DNA from: Dubosiella newyorkensis
GTDB lineage: Bacteria > Bacillota_I > Bacilli_A > Erysipelotrichales > Erysipelotrichaceae
Direction: 5' to 3'
Assembly: GCF_001945605.1 (NCBI RefSeq)
Contig: NZ_MPKA01000062.1
Location: forward strand, 30,001-62,000
Length of the DNA stretch: 32,000 nt
This document shows positions 28,591 to 32,000 of the stretch, piece by piece. The notes beneath the pieces were generated by a model. That model was not told the origin of the DNA. It saw only the letters and a program-made list of their open reading frames with translations, and ran no database searches. Position 1 is the first letter of the stretch. The number at the start of each line of letters is the position of its first letter. The position numbers and the translations under genes were made by a program.

Positions 28591-28974
28591 TTGATCTATG
28601 AGCTGATCGAAGTGCCGGAGGCATTGAAAGAATTCACATTCAAAGGGAAGCTGGATCATTTTGCGATGGTAGCTCATTTGTTGTCCGCCTTGTCGTCAAT
28701 GAACGTTCCTAAAGAGAAATGGGAGGAACTGGAAGAAGGAGGTCAGAACGATATGGAGCATGTTTTCAACTATTTTTCGGAAGAGAAGACGAAGAAGATC
28801 TTGGATCAAGGAATAAGCCAAGGTCGAGCAGAAGGTAAAGCAGAAACCAAACAAACGCATCTTGAAATCCTGCAGTGGCTTCAAGTCCATGATCGTCTTG
28901 ATCTGAGCATTCAAGCTTTAAAACGTTCTGATATCGAACATTTCAAAAAGCGTGTGCTTGATCATTGGATCTAA
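28591..28974 (+). CDS. Hypothetical 127-aa protein; possible C-terminal remnant of an Rpn/YhgA-like (PD-(D/E)XK transposase-like) protein
   Basis: The ORF is open only from a TTG start. The segment KILDQGISQGRAEGKAETKQ...L.WL resembles the repetitive (E/Q)G-rich C-terminal region of Rpn-family proteins. No nuclease domain is present, and I see no convincing SD. Confidence 0.3.
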   Translation: MIYELIEVPEALKEFTFKGKLDHFAMVAHLLSALSSMNVPKEKWEELEEGGQNDMEHVFNYFSEEKTKKILDQGISQGRAEGKAETKQTHLEILQWLQVHDRLDLSIQALKRSDIEHFKKRVLDHWI

Positions 28975-29021
28975 CAAGAAATCGATTCGAGTCATCTTTT
29001 TTAAATGAATGAAATAAAAAC

Positions 29022-29064
29022 AAAAAGCAGAGAGTTCACTCTATTGGGATGAATCTCTGCTTTG
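29022..29064. terminator. Candidate bidirectional terminator between the hypothetical ORF (+) and degV (-)
   Basis: AGCAGAGA-20 nt-TCTCTGCT stem flanked by A5 and TTT; the loop is long. Confidence 0.4.
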
Positions 29065-29089
29065 AAATGTAATCTGGTTTTTTTCTTTT

Positions 29090-29947
29090 TTATATCGCTA
29101 CATACGGCTTGAAGGCTTGGACCGCCAATGTGCCTAGTCCAGTATGAGAGCTGACCGCGCTGACTAAATCGATATACTCGATCTTAGCGCCTTCGATCGC
29201 TTTTTGGATTCGTTCGCCAAATTTTTGAGCGGCCTCCCTCGCATCGACATGCGCCACGATGATCGTATAGTCTTTGTTCACGCCATTTTTCTTAAGTCTC
29301 TCGATCACATAATCTTGCGCCTTGCTCATAGTCCGGACTTTGCCAAGCACATCGATCCGGCCGTCTGTTTCTAAATCAAGATGCAAGATCGGCTTGATCT
29401 TTAAAAGTCCGCCTAAGGCTGCCGCCATTGGTGTCAAACGTCCACCTTGTTTTAGATGGTTGAGATCGTCGACGAGCAAGATCGTATCGCAGCTTGCCGC
29501 GATGCGCTCCATTTCCTTAATGATCGTTTCCAAGCTTCTTCCTTGATCCCACATCCTTTTAGCGACCTCGATCATATGGCCTTGTACGACCGCGGTCGTA
29601 TAGCAATCGATCCCAATAAAATCGAGCTCGTGCGTATTGGCGGCCATCTCCATCGCGTTCATCGTAGAAGAGATCCCTTTGCAGATCGGAACGGCGAAGA
29701 TCGTGTCGTATCCTTCTTCCTTGAGCGTTTCGAATAAATCTTCGATCTGACCAAGTTTTGGCAATGAAGTTTTGATCGGCTTGTTTTCATGCAAGTCTTT
29801 GATCACATCCTTATATGTGATCTCTTCGCCTTCTTCATAGCTTTTGCCATCAACCTCGAGCTGAAGCGGCAATGAATATATGCCCTTCTCTTTCCAATAC
29901 TCGACAGTATGGCCTGTACCTGAATCTGTCACAAATGCGATTTTCAT
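29090..29947 (-). CDS. DegV family fatty-acid-binding protein (FakB-like), paralog 1
   Basis: MKIAFVTDSGTG..., TSLPKLGQIEDLF, LSSTMNA, and KQGGRLTPMAAALGGLLKIKPIL are DegV hallmarks. Confidence 0.9.
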   Translation of the reverse strand: MKIAFVTDSGTGHTVEYWKEKGIYSLPLQLEVDGKSYEEGEEITYKDVIKDLHENKPIKTSLPKLGQIEDLFETLKEEGYDTIFAVPICKGISSTMNAMEMAANTHELDFIGIDCYTTAVVQGHMIEVAKRMWDQGRSLETIIKEMERIAASCDTILLVDDLNHLKQGGRLTPMAAALGGLLKIKPILHLDLETDGRIDVLGKVRTMSKAQDYVIERLKKNGVNKDYTIIVAHVDAREAAQKFGERIQKAIEGAKIEYIDLVSAVSSHTGLGTLAVQAFKPYVAI

Positions 29948-29965
29948 AATCTAATCATCCCTTTT

Positions 29966-30826
29966 CTATTCTTGTACTTTCTTGATATATTGAATTCCAA
30001 CTGCGCCCATCCCCGTATGAGAAGCGATCACCGCAAACATCGGATGATGGCGGATGTCAATATTGGCACCGAATTTTTCTTTCAATTCAGCTTCGGCAAG
30101 CTTTGCGCCTTCTTCGTTTCTCGAATTGACCGTAAAAAACACGTAATCTTCACCAATCGGCACATCTTCAGCGATCTTTTCGACCGCTTTTTTGATCGCT
30201 TTGTTTTGAGTGCGCACTTTCTCATAAACACCCACTTTTCCTTCCGTGTTTTTCGAGACTTCCAAGATCGGCTTGATCTTCAAAAGTCCGCCTAGCTTGG
30301 CTGCCATCGGAGTCAAACGGCCACCCTTGGCCAAATGATCTAGATCGTTAGGAATCAAATACCCTGACGAGTTCTCGATCGCTTCTTTCAAAAGCGCCAC
30401 GATCTCTTTCGGATCTTTACCATGCTCTAAAAGCTCTTGCGCTTTCAAAGCGCAATAGTTCTCGACTGCAAGCGTCGTGAATAGATCAAGCGTATGAACG
30501 TTGATATCATGTCGTTTCGCGGCAGCCTGTACGGTGGTGTTCGTGCTCGACAATCCATTCGAAAGCGTGATCAAAACGATATCGCTGATTCCCTCTTCGT
30601 TATACGATTCCAAAAGGTCTTCGATCTCGCCTAATGGAGGCAAAGAAGTTTGAGGCATATTTCCTTCTTCCAACGTATCGTAAAGGGTATCGATGTTGAG
30701 ATCGACACCATCTAAATAAACTTTATCATCGACAATGACTTGGAGCGGCAAAAAATCCAGACCCAACTCATTCGCTTTATGTTTAGATAATCCTGTTCCA
30801 CTATCGGTTATTACTTTAGCTCTCAT
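29966..30826 (-). CDS. DegV family fatty-acid-binding protein (FakB-like), paralog 2
   Basis: MRAKVITDSGTGL..., TSLPPLGEIEDLL, LSSTNTT, and AKGGRLTPMAAKLGGLLKIKPIL. The start is set at the ATG 6 nt after AAGGAG (Met7 of the track ORF). Confidence 0.9.
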   Translation of the reverse strand: MRAKVITDSGTGLSKHKANELGLDFLPLQVIVDDKVYLDGVDLNIDTLYDTLEEGNMPQTSLPPLGEIEDLLESYNEEGISDIVLITLSNGLSSTNTTVQAAAKRHDINVHTLDLFTTLAVENYCALKAQELLEHGKDPKEIVALLKEAIENSSGYLIPNDLDHLAKGGRLTPMAAKLGGLLKIKPILEVSKNTEGKVGVYEKVRTQNKAIKKAVEKIAEDVPIGEDYVFFTVNSRNEEGAKLAEAELKEKFGANIDIRHHPMFAVIASHTGMGAVGIQYIKKVQE

Positions 30827-30972
30827 AAAATACTCCTTATTCAAGAAAAATGTACCACGTTTTTAGACGATAAACAAACAAGAGAACAGAATCCTTTGCC
30901 ACATTCATCCATATCATACTATAGAACTTTCATAAAGAGGTTTATAATATGAATTAAACAGAGGTGTCTTAC

Positions 30973-31677
30973 ATGAAAAAATTGATCGAATTTAAAAATG
31001 TATCAAAAACATATACGATGGGCGAAGTACAGATCCACGCCCTTGAAGATGTCTCCTTCTCGATCAATGAAGGAGAATTCGTGATCATCGCCGGCGCGAG
31101 CGGCGCAGGAAAAAGCACGATCCTTAATTTGCTTGGTGGAATGGATACCGTCAGCAGCGGAGAAATCGTTGTCGATGGAAACATCATCTCCCAATATAAC
31201 GATAAGCAAATGACATTGTATCGCCGTTATGATGTCGGATTCGTGTTCCAATTTTATAATCTCGTTCAAAATTTGACAGTCAAAGAAAATGTCGAGCTCG
31301 CCACCCAAATATCGAAAGATCCTTTAGATATCGAAAAGACGATCGCCTCCGTAGGCCTGCAAGATCGAATGTATAACTTCCCTGCCCAACTTTCAGGAGG
31401 AGAGCAGCAAAGAGTCGCGATCGCTCGCGCTCTCGCGAAAAACCCGAAGCTTTTGCTGTGCGACGAGCCAACAGGCGCCCTCGATTATGTGACAGGAAAA
31501 CAAGTGTTGAAAGTTTTGCAAGAAACATGCCGCAAAGAGCATAAGACAGTCATCGTGATCACGCACAATCTCGCCCTTACGCAAATGGGCGATAAGATCA
31601 TTCGAGTCCGTTCCGGCCGGATCGAAAGCATAGAAATCAACGAGCATCCAATGGATGTAGATCGGATCGAATACTGA
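30973..31677 (+). CDS. ABC transporter ATP-binding protein (MacB/LolD/FtsE-like class)
   Basis: Walker [11 protein letters not shown]-loop, signature [15 protein letters not shown], Walker [13 protein letters not shown], and H-loop ITHN. The start is set at the ATG after AGAGGTG. Confidence 0.9.
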   Translation: MKKLIEFKNVSKTYTMGEVQIHALEDVSFSINEGEFVIIAGASGAGKSTILNLLGGMDTVSSGEIVVDGNIISQYNDKQMTLYRRYDVGFVFQFYNLVQNLTVKENVELATQISKDPLDIEKTIASVGLQDRMYNFPAQLSGGEQQRVAIARALAKNPKLLLCDEPTGALDYVTGKQVLKVLQETCRKEHKTVIVITHNLALTQMGDKIIRVRSGRIESIEINEHPMDVDRIEY

Positions 31678-32000
31678 TGCCAAAGATTTTATGGAAAGAC
31701 TTGTTCGTGGAGATCCGGCATTCTCTAGGCCGTTTCTTTTCGATCGTCTGTATTGTTGCCTTAGGGGTCGCCTTTTTTGCCGGGATCAAGGCGAGCGCGC
31801 CCGATATGAAATACAGCGCCGACCAATATTTTGATAAATACGATACCCAAGATATCCAAGTCTTCTCGACCTTGGGATTAAGAAAAAGCGATATCGAAGC
31901 GATCAAGAAGATCGACGGCGTAGAGCAAGTCCAGCCACTCTATTCGTTTGACGCCCTGACGCGTATTGGAGCGAGCGAGCAAGTGTTCAAAGTATTTTCT
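31677..32000 (+). CDS. FtsX/MacB-type ABC transporter permease, 5' part (continues past the right edge)
   Basis: The ATG overlaps the ATPase stop (TGATG). The translation is [55 protein letters not shown]..., which is the typical N-terminus (TM1 plus the start of the large extracytoplasmic domain) of FtsX-family permeases. The frame is open to base 32000. Confidence 0.75.
   Translation, partial: MPKILWKDLFVEIRHSLGRFFSIVCIVALGVAFFAGIKASAPDMKYSADQYFDKYDTQDIQVFSTLGLRKSDIEAIKKIDGVEQVQPLYSFDALTRIGASEQVFKVFS

Overview
This 32-kb window is chromosomal DNA from a low-to-mid-GC Bacillota (Firmicutes)-type genome; gene order resembles Bacilli/Erysipelotrichia, and that taxon guess is low confidence. 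Most of it is core housekeeping. The only clearly accessory segment is 1-2702. It is the terminal part of an integrative element: a partial ORF, a Dam-family N6-adenine methyltransferase, a very short ImmA/IrrE-like HEXXH protein and a tyrosine integrase. The element abuts the 3' end of tRNA-Gly in a Ser-Asp-Asp-Gly tRNA operon. From there a roughly 22-kb block lies entirely on the minus strand:
- a translationally coupled cydD-cydC-ygbA-like-ybaN-like operon;
- a frameshifted TVP38/DedA-type gene (an AEC-family transporter on the plus strand sits just before it);
- an 11-gene upp-atpZ-atpI-atpBEFHAGDC operon whose c subunit carries the full Na+-binding signature;
- a YycJ-like MBL hydrolase, then dnaB, rplI, gdpP and yybS;
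- rpsF-ssb-rpsR;
- a membrane-anchored NERD protein paired with a DUF1113-type membrane protein.

The right part carries an Atg22/UMF1-type MFS transporter, a zinc-finger-less DnaJ/CbpA-like protein and a frameshifted larA-like gene with a cre box inside its promoter. It also holds a small Rpn-like remnant ORF, two tandem DegV paralogs and the start of a MacB/FtsX-type ABC transporter.

I found no rRNA, no CRISPR array, no IS element, and no complete multi-gene system inside the window that I can defend as undescribed. The observations most worth follow-up are:
- the integrative-element end and its methyltransferase cargo;
- the strong window-wide GATC enrichment;
- the Na+-type c subunit;
- the cydDC-ygbA-ybaN coupling;
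- two +1 homopolymer frameshifts.
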